From Holophagae bacterium (GTDB taxonomy: Bacteria > Acidobacteriota > Thermoanaerobaculia > Thermoanaerobaculales > Sulfomarinibacteraceae): DNA of 64,000 nucleotides. Under the pieces are notes generated by a model, which saw nothing but the letters and a program-made list of their open reading frames with translations, was not told where the DNA came from and made no database searches. The DNA is taken from positions 35,253 to 99,252 of the forward strand of contig PQAJ01000245.1 in the NCBI GenBank assembly GCA_003105185.1, given 5' to 3'. The position numbers and the translations under genes were made by a program. Shown here one piece after another: positions 34,149 to 42,154 of the stretch (the first letter of the stretch is position 1; every line of letters begins with the position of its first letter).

Positions 34149-34412
34149 CTACCCGCCCTCCATGGGGCTGAAGAACACGACATCATCGCCATCGGCGAGC
34201 ACTGAATCGCGCGCGCCCTGGTCGCCGTTGATGCCAATCGTAACGTCTTCCTCCGGCGGCACGCTGGCCGCGGCCATGAGGTCGGCGACGGTCGAGCCGG
34301 GCGGCAGGGTGATGGTTAACGGGCCATCGTGGCCGTTGGGGAGGAGGCGCCGGAGGTCGGCGAACAGCGTGAGACGGACGGCGACGGAGGAGGTCGCCCG
34401 GGTGTGGGGCAT
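34149..34412 (-). CDS. MoaD/ThiS-family sulfur-carrier protein
   Basis: 87 aa ending ..DGDDVVFFSPMEGG* (C-terminal Gly-Gly). It lies 36 nt upstream of aor. Confidence 0.8.
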   Translation of the reverse strand: MPHTRATSSVAVRLTLFADLRRLLPNGHDGPLTITLPPGSTVADLMAAASVPPEEDVTIGINGDQGARDSVLADGDDVVFFSPMEGG

Positions 34413-34451
34413 GGCTCACCGGTAAGAGGAGTGGTGCTTCGAGTATAGCCA

Positions 34452-34457
34452 GCACCG
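34452..34457 (-). promoter_or_regulatory. TATACT -10-like element upstream of moaD-aor
   Basis: Minus strand reads ggcTATACTcgaagc.., 39 nt before the ATG at 34412. The same hexamer is used at ruvB. Confidence 0.3.
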
Positions 34458-34477
34458 GACTACCGGGCAGCCGGTGT

Positions 34478-35698
34478 TCACCGCGTGGTGAGCGCGCGTT
34501 CCAGGGCGCTGAACGCGTCGATGACCTCAGTCGCCTCGAACGCCCGGTTGCGCCGCCCGACGCGGACAGGCCGAAGGATGCCTGCCGCGGTCAGCCGCGC
34601 CACCGCCTGGTTCGCCGCCTGGTAGGTCCGGCCTGTCAGCCCGGCGGCCCCTGCCGCTGTCACGATCGGCGCTCCTGGCAGCATGGCCAGCAGGAGGTCC
34701 GCCGTCGATCCCCGCCGGACCGCTCCAAGCCGGGAACGCCACTCGGCCTCCAGCTCGCGTGCCCGCTCTTCGTAGTCGAGCCCATCCCTCACTGCCCGCG
34801 TGCAGGCTCTCGCGAACACCGCGATCCACTGGTTCAAACCCTGGTGGGCCGCCTGGGACGAGGGGTCGCCGTCGTACCGGGTCGCCATCAGTCCGGCCAC
34901 ATACTGCTCCGCCTGTGCCGCGAGGACGAGAGAGATAGGTGGCAGCACCCGTGACGCCAGGCCGCGCCTGCGCAGGACGACCTGGATGAGCGCCCGGCCG
35001 ATGCGGCCGTTGCCATCGGCGAACGGGTGGATCGTCTCGAACTGGGCGTGCGCGAGGGCCGCCTGCACCACAGGAGAAAGCGCGTCTCCGCTGCAGAACC
35101 GGCAGAGGTCCTCCAGCAACGACTCCACCACATCTGGCGGCGGCGGGACAAACGCAGCGGAGCACGGGTTGTAGCCGCTGCCGCCGATCCAGTTCTGCTC
35201 ATCCCGAATGCGGCCCGCTGTCTCCGAAAGGCGCGTCCCCGAAAGCAACAGGCGGTGCATTTCGAGCAAGTGAGCGGTCGTTATCTCCGGAGCCCCGGAA
35301 ACCGACTGGATCGCCCACTGGACTGCGCTGATGTTCCCGAGGACCTCCTCGGCAGTGACATCGCGGGCCTCGTCGCCGAGTGTGTGCGCTGCCTCGGCCC
35401 GGAGCAGGCGGCGAGCGCCAACTTCCAGCCCCTCAATTCGCGACGATGCGACCGCTTCGGCCCGAAGCAGGAGCCGCGCAAGTGCCTCAGAGTCCACCAG
35501 CGCAGAGGCCGAGCGGTCCAGGTGGCCGATGGCGGCTTCCGCATCGGCGACATCGGCGGCCACATCGCCATCGAGCCTGATCCCGCGCCCCACGAGCGCG
35601 TCGGGCAGATACGCCCGGTACTCGCAGGCGTGGCGATCGCGCCGGGAGGATCCGGCTCCCGGGCTCGCGGGCCATGTCAGGCGCAGGTACTTCGCCAT
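34478..35698 (-). CDS. fic: Fic/DOC-family protein (AMPylase-type) with an N-terminal inhibitory motif and a C-terminal wHTH
   Basis: Fic motif HPFADGNGRIGRAL, N-terminal SSRIEG ((S/T)xxxE(G/N) inhibitory helix), and a C-terminal winged-helix-like ..YQAANQAVARLTAAGIL... Confidence 0.9.
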   Translation of the reverse strand: MAKYLRLTWPASPGAGSSRRDRHACEYRAYLPDALVGRGIRLDGDVAADVADAEAAIGHLDRSASALVDSEALARLLLRAEAVASSRIEGLEVGARRLLRAEAAHTLGDEARDVTAEEVLGNISAVQWAIQSVSGAPEITTAHLLEMHRLLLSGTRLSETAGRIRDEQNWIGGSGYNPCSAAFVPPPPDVVESLLEDLCRFCSGDALSPVVQAALAHAQFETIHPFADGNGRIGRALIQVVLRRRGLASRVLPPISLVLAAQAEQYVAGLMATRYDGDPSSQAAHQGLNQWIAVFARACTRAVRDGLDYEERARELEAEWRSRLGAVRRGSTADLLLAMLPGAPIVTAAGAAGLTGRTYQAANQAVARLTAAGILRPVRVGRRNRAFEATEVIDAFSALERALTTR

Positions 35699-35701
35699 AG
35701 T

Positions 35702-35770
35702 TATTCAAGGTTACCACGTAACCTTGAATATGGTTGCTCTTTATTCAAGGTTATGGGACAACCTTGAATA
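35702..35770. promoter_or_regulatory. two AT-rich palindromic operators upstream of fic
   Basis: TATTCAAGGTTA-ccacg-TAACCTTGAATA (35702-35730) and TATTCAAGGTT-atgggac-AACCTTGAATA (35742-35770). The proximal arm ends 3 nt from the fic ATG. Confidence 0.5.
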
Positions 35771-35805
35771 CACCGGGGCCGCGTTCAAGCTTTCCGCCCC
35801 GCCCC

Positions 35806-36660
35806 CTACCCCGAGTACCCGCGGTTCCAGCGAAAAAACACCCGCGCGAGGACGAAGCTCACGGCGAGCCAGATGCCCAGCACCAGCAGGACCCGTTCGA
35901 CCTGCCACTCGCCCCCGTAGTCATCCACCGCCACCCAATCCGGCAGGAAGACGTAGCGCAGGCCCTGGACCATCCACTTCAGCGGAAAGATGGCCGCAAC
36001 GACCTTCAGGAACGGCGGCACCTGGGAGTACTGGAGAAAGACACCCGAAATGAACTGCAACACCAGGTAGGGCGGCTGCACGATTGCCGCCGCCGATGAC
36101 GAGCTGCGGATCAGCCGCGTGTAGGCGATGCCGAGCAACGAGCAGGCCGACACCCCGAGGAAGAACACGGCCGCAAACACTCCCCACTTCTTTGGGTCGG
36201 TCGGCAGCGAGACCCCGTAGAACACCACGCCGATCGCGAGGATGAGCACCACGATCACGAACGCCGTGAACAGCGCGAGCCCGACCTTGCCGGCGAAGTA
36301 GGCACTCCGTGGCAGGGGCGTGCCCGACAGCCGCCGCAGCAGCCCGTCGTGTTGTTCGACCGCTATGGTCATCGCAAGGCTGGCAAACGTGGCGCTGACG
36401 ATCCCCGAGGCGATCATGCCCGGCACGAAGTACTGCGAGAACTCCACCTTCTTTGCGCCCGGCGGGCCCTCGATCTCCCCGCTGAAAATCGTCGAGAAGA
36501 TGACCACGAACAGGACCGGCAGGAGGAAGGTGAAAAACACCTGGTCCGGCGCCCGGAAGAACGTCTTGATCTCGATCCGTGTGCGTTCGAACGAAAGGCG
36601 GATGAGGCGCCCCGGCGCGTTCGGGCGGAACTCCGCAGGGCTGGCGGGGAGCGCGGTCAT
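35806..36660 (-). CDS. ABC-2-type exporter permease
   Basis: The ATG at 36660 overlaps the ATPase stop (ATGA). Six hydrophobic helices fit an ABC-2 layout. Confidence 0.85.
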   Translation of the reverse strand: MTALPASPAEFRPNAPGRLIRLSFERTRIEIKTFFRAPDQVFFTFLLPVLFVVIFSTIFSGEIEGPPGAKKVEFSQYFVPGMIASGIVSATFASLAMTIAVEQHDGLLRRLSGTPLPRSAYFAGKVGLALFTAFVIVVLILAIGVVFYGVSLPTDPKKWGVFAAVFFLGVSACSLLGIAYTRLIRSSSSAAAIVQPPYLVLQFISGVFLQYSQVPPFLKVVAAIFPLKWMVQGLRYVFLPDWVAVDDYGGEWQVERVLLVLGIWLAVSFVLARVFFRWNRGYSG

Positions 36661-37595
36661 GCGTCGCTTCCTTTGTGGTCGGCCTGACCGTCGGCAGCCT
36701 CGACCATCGCGAGGTAGATGTCCTCCAGGCTCGGGCGGCTCACGGCGAGGGCCGGCAGCTCCGGCTCGCCGTTGGCCTCGGCCCACCGGGCCAGCGCGGT
36801 CACGACCGCCGTGGGCGTCGCAGTGGTGATGGTGACGCGGCCATTCTTGCTAACGGTCTCCGCGCCAGTCTCGGGCAGGGGCCGGCCGGCCAGGTTGCCG
36901 GTCAGCGCGAAGGTCACGCGGGCGAGAGCGCGCTCCCGGCCGCCTATCTCACGGGGCGTGCCGACCTCAACGAGTTGGCCGTTGATGATGACCCCGACGC
37001 GGTCGGCAAGCTGTTCGGCCTCGTCCAGGTAATGGGTGGTGAGCACGATGGTCTTCCCGAGCCGGGCGAACTCGCGGACCACGTCCCACAACTGGCGGCG
37101 GCCCTGCGGGTCGAGCCCGGTCGTCGGCTCATCCAGGAAGACCAGCTCCGGGTCACCGACGATGCCCATCGCGAGGTCTACCCGCCGCTTCTGACCGCCG
37201 GAAAGGTCCTTGCAGCGGCTGGAGCGTTTGTCTGCCAGCCCCACCATGTCCACCACCCGGCGGGGATCGAGGGGGTTCGGGTAGAAGGTGGCGAAGTGGG
37301 AGACGACTTCATCCGGGGTGAGTTGTTCGAAGAAGCCGGCCGATTGGAGGACGATGCCCAGCCGTGAACGCCAGACCAGGTCGCCGCGCTCAGGGTCCAC
37401 GCCCAGGACAGTGGCCTCGCCGCCAGAGCGTGCCCGGAACCCCTCGAGAATCTCGACAAAGGTGGTCTTGCCGGCGCCGTTCGGGCCGAGCAACGCGAAC
37501 ACCTCGCCAGGCTCAATCTCCAGGTCGACACCACGCAGCGCTTCGAAGTCGCCATAGCGCTTGCGGACACCGCGGGCGGAGACGGCAGCGGTCAC
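36657..37595 (-). CDS. ABC transporter ATP-binding protein (DrrA-like)
   Basis: Walker A GPNGAGKTT, signature LSGGQKRR, and Walker B LVFLDEPTTGLD. Confidence 0.93.
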   Translation of the reverse strand: MTAAVSARGVRKRYGDFEALRGVDLEIEPGEVFALLGPNGAGKTTFVEILEGFRARSGGEATVLGVDPERGDLVWRSRLGIVLQSAGFFEQLTPDEVVSHFATFYPNPLDPRRVVDMVGLADKRSSRCKDLSGGQKRRVDLAMGIVGDPELVFLDEPTTGLDPQGRRQLWDVVREFARLGKTIVLTTHYLDEAEQLADRVGVIINGQLVEVGTPREIGGRERALARVTFALTGNLAGRPLPETGAETVSKNGRVTITTATPTAVVTALARWAEANGEPELPALAVSRPSLEDIYLAMVEAADGQADHKGSDA

Positions 37596-37671
37596 GGCTG
37601 CAGGATAGCCGGTCTCGGGGCCACCGTATGTCCATACGGGCCTGGTCCATGGCCTGCGCGCTCCGCCGGGC

Positions 37672-38193
37672 TCAATCGACCAGCGCCTCGATCACCGCAT
37701 CAACGATCGCGTCGGCTTTTGCCCGCATCTCATCGTCGGTCGCGTCCTGGATGGGGTGCGGGACGAAGATGCGCCGCACCTCTGGCAGCCCGAGCGCCTT
37801 CGCCTGCACCTCGGCCGCGTCGCGGAACTCGGTTGAGGCGATGAAGACGGCGGGCTTGCCGTTGATTTCGAACCAGGCCGTGTCGTGCACACTGCACGTT
37901 GTGCAGGATCCTCAGTCAGCGAGCGCTTCGATGACGAAGGCACACTCCTCGGCGACCTTGCGGCGCAGGTCCTCGGGCGCGGGCTTGGTGAAGGTCGGCT
38001 TGCTGTAGTGCCGGAACTCCACCCGCGGCAGCCGCTCCCGCAGGCGCACTTCAAGCCGCGCGATGAGCACATCTCCCCGCGGCTTGGAGATGTTGAGCAG
38101 CGCGACTGTGCCGGTGACTTCCTCCGGCCGGCTGGTAAGCTGCCTCCGGACGGGCACGCGCTCGTCGGTCGGGTCGAGGATGGTGGTGGACAA
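37672..38193 (-). CDS. UGSC-motif protein with in-frame UGA: candidate selenoprotein (173 aa)
   Basis: ORF 37912-38193 (TTG start, GGAGGT 6 nt upstream) ends at TGA 37912-37914. The same frame continues GSCTTCS-VHDTAWFEINGK.. to the stop at 37672, giving ..VIEALAD[U]GSCTTCS... Alternative hairpins follow the UGA. Confidence 0.7.
37884..37898 (-). other. SECIS-like hairpin candidate downstream of the UGSC UGA
   Basis: mRNA reads UGA-N13-CGUGCA-GUG-UGCACG (6-bp stem, loop starting 19 nt after the UGA). Overlapping alternatives are CUGCAC-AAC-GUGCAG and UGCACA-N8-UGUGCA. Confidence 0.4.
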
Positions 38194-38251
38194 GGGGCAC
38201 CTCCGTGGTTGGGGGCATTATGGGGGATGGGGCGTGCGCCGTGTTGGGCGC

Positions 38252-39202
38252 TCAGCCGGTACGGAGGCGCGGATCCAGCAGGTCCCTGAGCGCGTCGCCG
38301 AGCATGTTGAACCCGAAGATCGCCATGCTCAGCGCCAGCCCCGGGAAGATCGCGATCCACGCGTTCTGGCTCATGAAGGTCCGCGCCTCGCGGTTCAGCA
38401 TGCCGCCCCAGGTGGCCGTATCGGGCGAAACACCCAGCCCCAGGAAGCTCAGCGCCGACTCCGAGAGGATGGCCGTGCCGAGGCCGAGCGTCGCCAGTGT
38501 GATCGTCGGCGCCATCACGTTCGGCAGCACATGGAACAGGATGATCCGCGTGTGGGTCGCGCCCGTCGCGCGCGTCGCCTCGACGTAGGCGGTGCTCTTC
38601 ACGCTCAGTGCGGCGCCCCGGATGATCCGCGAGGACCCCACCCCCAGGAGCACACCGATCGTAATCGCCAGGATCACGTTCTGAGTCTGGAACACGCCGC
38701 TCTTCGGCAGTCCGGAAATCTGCGTGTCGGTGAAGATAGCCCCCACTGCGATGATGAAGACCAGACCCGGGAACGCAATGAAAGCATCGATCAGTCGTTG
38801 AGCCAGGATGTCGAAGAGCCCCCCGAAGTAACCGCTCAGTGCGCCCACCACCAGCGATATCAGCGTCGCGATCAATACCGCCACGAAGCCGATGGTCATC
38901 GACACTCGAGCACCGTAGATCACCCGGCTGAAGATGTCCCGTCCAAGATTGTCGGTCCCCATGAAGTTATCCAGGGTTGGTCCACCCAACCGCGGTCCGG
39001 CGCCCAGCTCATTCGGCCCGTACGGAGCAATCAGGGGCGCCGCAATCGCCGCAATGAAATACATGACCACGAGCACCCCACCAATGAGGCCCAGCGGCTT
39101 CTCTCGCACCAGCCGGCGAAGGACATCCACGTAGAACGGCAGCCGGCTTTCCGGCCGATCGATCGGGACCCCGAACGGGGTCGTGACTTGAGTTCCGGCC
39201 AT
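38252..39202 (-). CDS. ABC peptide/nickel-type importer permease (DppC/OppC-like)
   Basis: 316 aa with the N-terminal ..FYVDVLRRLVREKPLGLIGG.. and the EAA-like region ..YVEATRATGATHTRIILFHVLPN... Confidence 0.9.
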   Translation of the reverse strand: MAGTQVTTPFGVPIDRPESRLPFYVDVLRRLVREKPLGLIGGVLVVMYFIAAIAAPLIAPYGPNELGAGPRLGGPTLDNFMGTDNLGRDIFSRVIYGARVSMTIGFVAVLIATLISLVVGALSGYFGGLFDILAQRLIDAFIAFPGLVFIIAVGAIFTDTQISGLPKSGVFQTQNVILAITIGVLLGVGSSRIIRGAALSVKSTAYVEATRATGATHTRIILFHVLPNVMAPTITLATLGLGTAILSESALSFLGLGVSPDTATWGGMLNREARTFMSQNAWIAIFPGLALSMAIFGFNMLGDALRDLLDPRLRTG

Positions 39203-39216
39203 TCCTCACCCCCTCG

Positions 39217-40164
39217 TCATGAGTAGTGGATGCGTGGGTCGAGCCACGCGTAGGTGATATCGACGAGCAAATTCACGACCACAACCGAGACGCCGAGGAT
39301 GAGCACGACGCCCTGGATGGAGGGGTAGTCCCGCTGGAAGATCGCTCCGACCAGGTAGCGGCCGATGCCGGGCATGTTGAAGATGCTTTCCAGGATGATG
39401 GTGCCGCTCAGGGCCACGCCCACTTGCAGTCCGATGATCGTGATCACCGGGATGAACGCGTTCTTCAGCGCGTGCCGCGAAATCACCGAGCGCTCCCGCA
39501 GTCCCTTCGACCATGCCGTCCGGATGTAGTCCTGGCGGAGAACTTCCAGCATCATCGTCCGGGTCATCCGCATCACCGCCCCAGCGAGGCCGACCCCGAG
39601 GAGGAGTGCCGGGAAGAAGAAATAGTAGAGGTGCTCGATCGGCCCGTCGGACCATCCCTTGTAGGTAAGTGGCGGCGCCCAACCCCACTTCGGCGGAAAC
39701 ACAATGAGCAGCGTGGCCGTAAAGAAGTACGGCACCGAGAGCGCGAGGATCGCAAAGCTGCGCGAAAAGTAGTCGCTCATCGTGTCCTGGCGGACCGCGG
39801 AGAGGATCCCGATCGGCAGCGCAATGACCAGGCCGAGCAGGATCGAGTAGAGTCCCAGCTCGGCCGTCACCGGCATGCGGCTCTTGATCTCGGCGGTCAC
39901 CGGCCGCGCTGTCCAGTAAGAGTTCCCCAGGTCGCCCCGCACCACATCGCCCAGGTAGCGAACGAACTGGATTGGCATCGGTTCGTCCAGCCCGAGGTCC
40001 TTCTCAATCTGCGCCCGCTCCGCTTCGCTCGCGTAGGGCCGCTCGGCCAGGATCAACTCCACGATGTCGCCTGGCACCAGCCTGACGATCATGAACGTCG
40101 CAAAGATGACAAGGACGACGGTGGGGACCGCGAGCAGGACTCTGCGGATGATGTACTCCGTCAC
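39217..40164 (-). CDS. ABC peptide/nickel-type importer permease (DppB/OppB-like)
   Basis: The GTG at 40164 has GAGGAG 7 nt upstream. VTEYIIRRVLLAVPTVVLVIF.. and ..YIRTAWSKGLRERSVISRHALKNA... Confidence 0.9.
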   Translation of the reverse strand: MTEYIIRRVLLAVPTVVLVIFATFMIVRLVPGDIVELILAERPYASEAERAQIEKDLGLDEPMPIQFVRYLGDVVRGDLGNSYWTARPVTAEIKSRMPVTAELGLYSILLGLVIALPIGILSAVRQDTMSDYFSRSFAILALSVPYFFTATLLIVFPPKWGWAPPLTYKGWSDGPIEHLYYFFFPALLLGVGLAGAVMRMTRTMMLEVLRQDYIRTAWSKGLRERSVISRHALKNAFIPVITIIGLQVGVALSGTIILESIFNMPGIGRYLVGAIFQRDYPSIQGVVLILGVSVVVVNLLVDITYAWLDPRIHYS

Positions 40165-40236
40165 CTGGACGCTCCTCTCACCACCGGGGGCAGTGCGCTG
40201 CACTGCCCCCGGGTCAGTATTACGGTTTGGCTGGCC

Positions 40237-41931
40237 TCAGGCGTCCAGCCACGCTTCCGCCTTTCGGCCGTCGTAGAGGTCGGTCGGCCAGAACCAGCCC
40301 TTGACCTTCTTATCGGTGAAGTGGTGCAGGTTGGTGGTGAACATGAATGACATCGGGAAGTCCTTTACGATCATCTGTTGCGCCTCAGTGACCAGTTGTT
40401 TGCGCTTCTCGATGTCCAGTTGTTCCGACTGCTTCTTAATGACCTCGAAGATCGCCGGATTATAGTGCTTGAAGAAAGCTGACTTCTCTCCGAAGTACGA
40501 CGCGAGGTTCTCGTCTGGGTCTGGGTTGTTGAGAGGTTGATGATGTGAGAACGTGTACTTATACGAATACGTCTGGTTGTAGTAGGCCGCCAGTTCCATC
40601 GGCTTCAGTTCAAGGTTGACGTTGATCTTCGCCAGCTGCTGCTTCAACACCTCGCCAATCTGGTCGGCCTCGGCGCCCTGCGCCCAGATGGTCTCGCCGC
40701 TGAACTCGCTCACTCCCGCCGCCGACATGAGCTCCTGGGCCTTCTTCAGGTCGAATTCAGCAAGCTCTTCCTTGAGCGCCCACTGGTCGTAAATCGGCAG
40801 GATTGGTCCATGCGCAACGATGCCGTCGCCGTTGTAGACCAGGTCGAGCACCTGCTTCTTGTCGATGGCACGGACCACCGCCTCGCGGAAGCGCGGGTCG
40901 TCGAACGGCTTCGGATACGGCTGGGTGGCGGTCGTCGGCGGCATGCGGAATTGCCGCCAGAACTGCGTCGGCACCGCCTTGTAGTTCACGTCCTTGCGCG
41001 CGTCGCGCACGCGCTGGTTCTGGTTCGAACCGATGACTCCCCCGTCCACCTGCTTATCGATGAACATCGTCGCCTGCGTGTCGCCATCGGTGGAGATCAG
41101 GTATACGAGCTTGTCGACGTACGGCAGGCCGTTCTGCCAGTATTCCGGGTTCTTGTCGAGCTCGAACTTAACGTCCTTCTGCCAGTTCTTCAGGATGAAC
41201 GGCCCTGTGCCCACGGCATGTTCGGTCAGGTCGCCCCACTTCTCGACGGCCTCGCGCGCGATCATGACTGTCCAGGGGCTCGCCAGGTAGCTCAGCATCG
41301 GCGCATACGGCTTCTTCATGGCGATGCTGACGGTGAGGTCGTCCGGCGTGTCGATCTTGTCGATGGCGCCGAGGAAGAAGTACGCGTGCTGGAACTTTCC
41401 GGCCTGATCCGTCATCTGCCGTTCGAGGCTGTACTTCACATCGGCCGACGTGAATGCGCGCCCGTTCACCGGGTCAACGTTCTGGAACTTGATGCCCGGC
41501 TTGAGCTTGATGGTGAAGGTTAGCGGGTCCGGGCTTTCCGGCAGCGACGCCGTTAATTCCGGCTCGATCGTCTTGAGGTCCGGCGTGAACCGCAGGAGCC
41601 GCTCGTTCGTGTTGTTCGTCACCGCCGTGTTGTAGGGGAAGGTATCGAAGTGCGGATCGAGGCTCCGCGGCGAACCACCCATCAGCAAGGTAAGCGTCCC
41701 GCCCGGCTTGGGCGTTTCGGCCTGGCCCCCGGAGGTGGGTGCCGCCGATGGCGAGCCGCTCGGGGTACCAGTGCCGCCACTGGGCTCATCGTCGTCGTCA
41801 TCGTCTCCGCAGCCGATTGCCGCGGCGGTTGCCAGCCCGACACTGCCGGCGCCCACGCTCCGGATGAGCGCGCGCCGCGAGACTCCTCTGTTCGCGAGCT
41901 TTTGCCAGTAGTTGTATTCGCCTCGTGACAT
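40237..41931 (-). CDS. ABC importer substrate-binding lipoprotein, family 5 (Opp/Dpp/Nik type), Tat signal
   Basis: Twin-arginine motif VSRRALIRS, lipobox AAIGC|GDDDDDD, and a 564-aa family-5 SBP-like body. Confidence 0.93.
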   Translation of the reverse strand: MSRGEYNYWQKLANRGVSRRALIRSVGAGSVGLATAAAIGCGDDDDDDEPSGGTGTPSGSPSAAPTSGGQAETPKPGGTLTLLMGGSPRSLDPHFDTFPYNTAVTNNTNERLLRFTPDLKTIEPELTASLPESPDPLTFTIKLKPGIKFQNVDPVNGRAFTSADVKYSLERQMTDQAGKFQHAYFFLGAIDKIDTPDDLTVSIAMKKPYAPMLSYLASPWTVMIAREAVEKWGDLTEHAVGTGPFILKNWQKDVKFELDKNPEYWQNGLPYVDKLVYLISTDGDTQATMFIDKQVDGGVIGSNQNQRVRDARKDVNYKAVPTQFWRQFRMPPTTATQPYPKPFDDPRFREAVVRAIDKKQVLDLVYNGDGIVAHGPILPIYDQWALKEELAEFDLKKAQELMSAAGVSEFSGETIWAQGAEADQIGEVLKQQLAKINVNLELKPMELAAYYNQTYSYKYTFSHHQPLNNPDPDENLASYFGEKSAFFKHYNPAIFEVIKKQSEQLDIEKRKQLVTEAQQMIVKDFPMSFMFTTNLHHFTDKKVKGWFWPTDLYDGRKAEAWLDA

Positions 41932-42099
41932 GCTTTCCCTCCTCGGAAAGTGGCGCCTGCCCCGACTTGGCGGGCAAATCGCAAGCGCCTGAACCGTAAT
42001 AGCCGTCGTGAATAGTTGTCAACGGCGGCACCTATCCTGAGATACGAATGAAATGCTTCTCCGGCTTTATCCAGGCACGTGAAGACGGGGACGCGACAG

Positions 42100-42119
42100 G
42101 GGCGTATGGCCATACGCCC
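42100..42119. repeat. perfect 20-nt palindrome GGGCGTATGG/CCATACGCCC
   Basis: It lies in the 223-bp gap between the 42155 stop and the SBP start (41931). There is no U-tract, so it is either a hairpin or a dimeric-regulator site. Confidence 0.3.
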
Positions 42120-42154
42120 GTACCACCCACGGCATGCCCATCGGCCATTTACCC

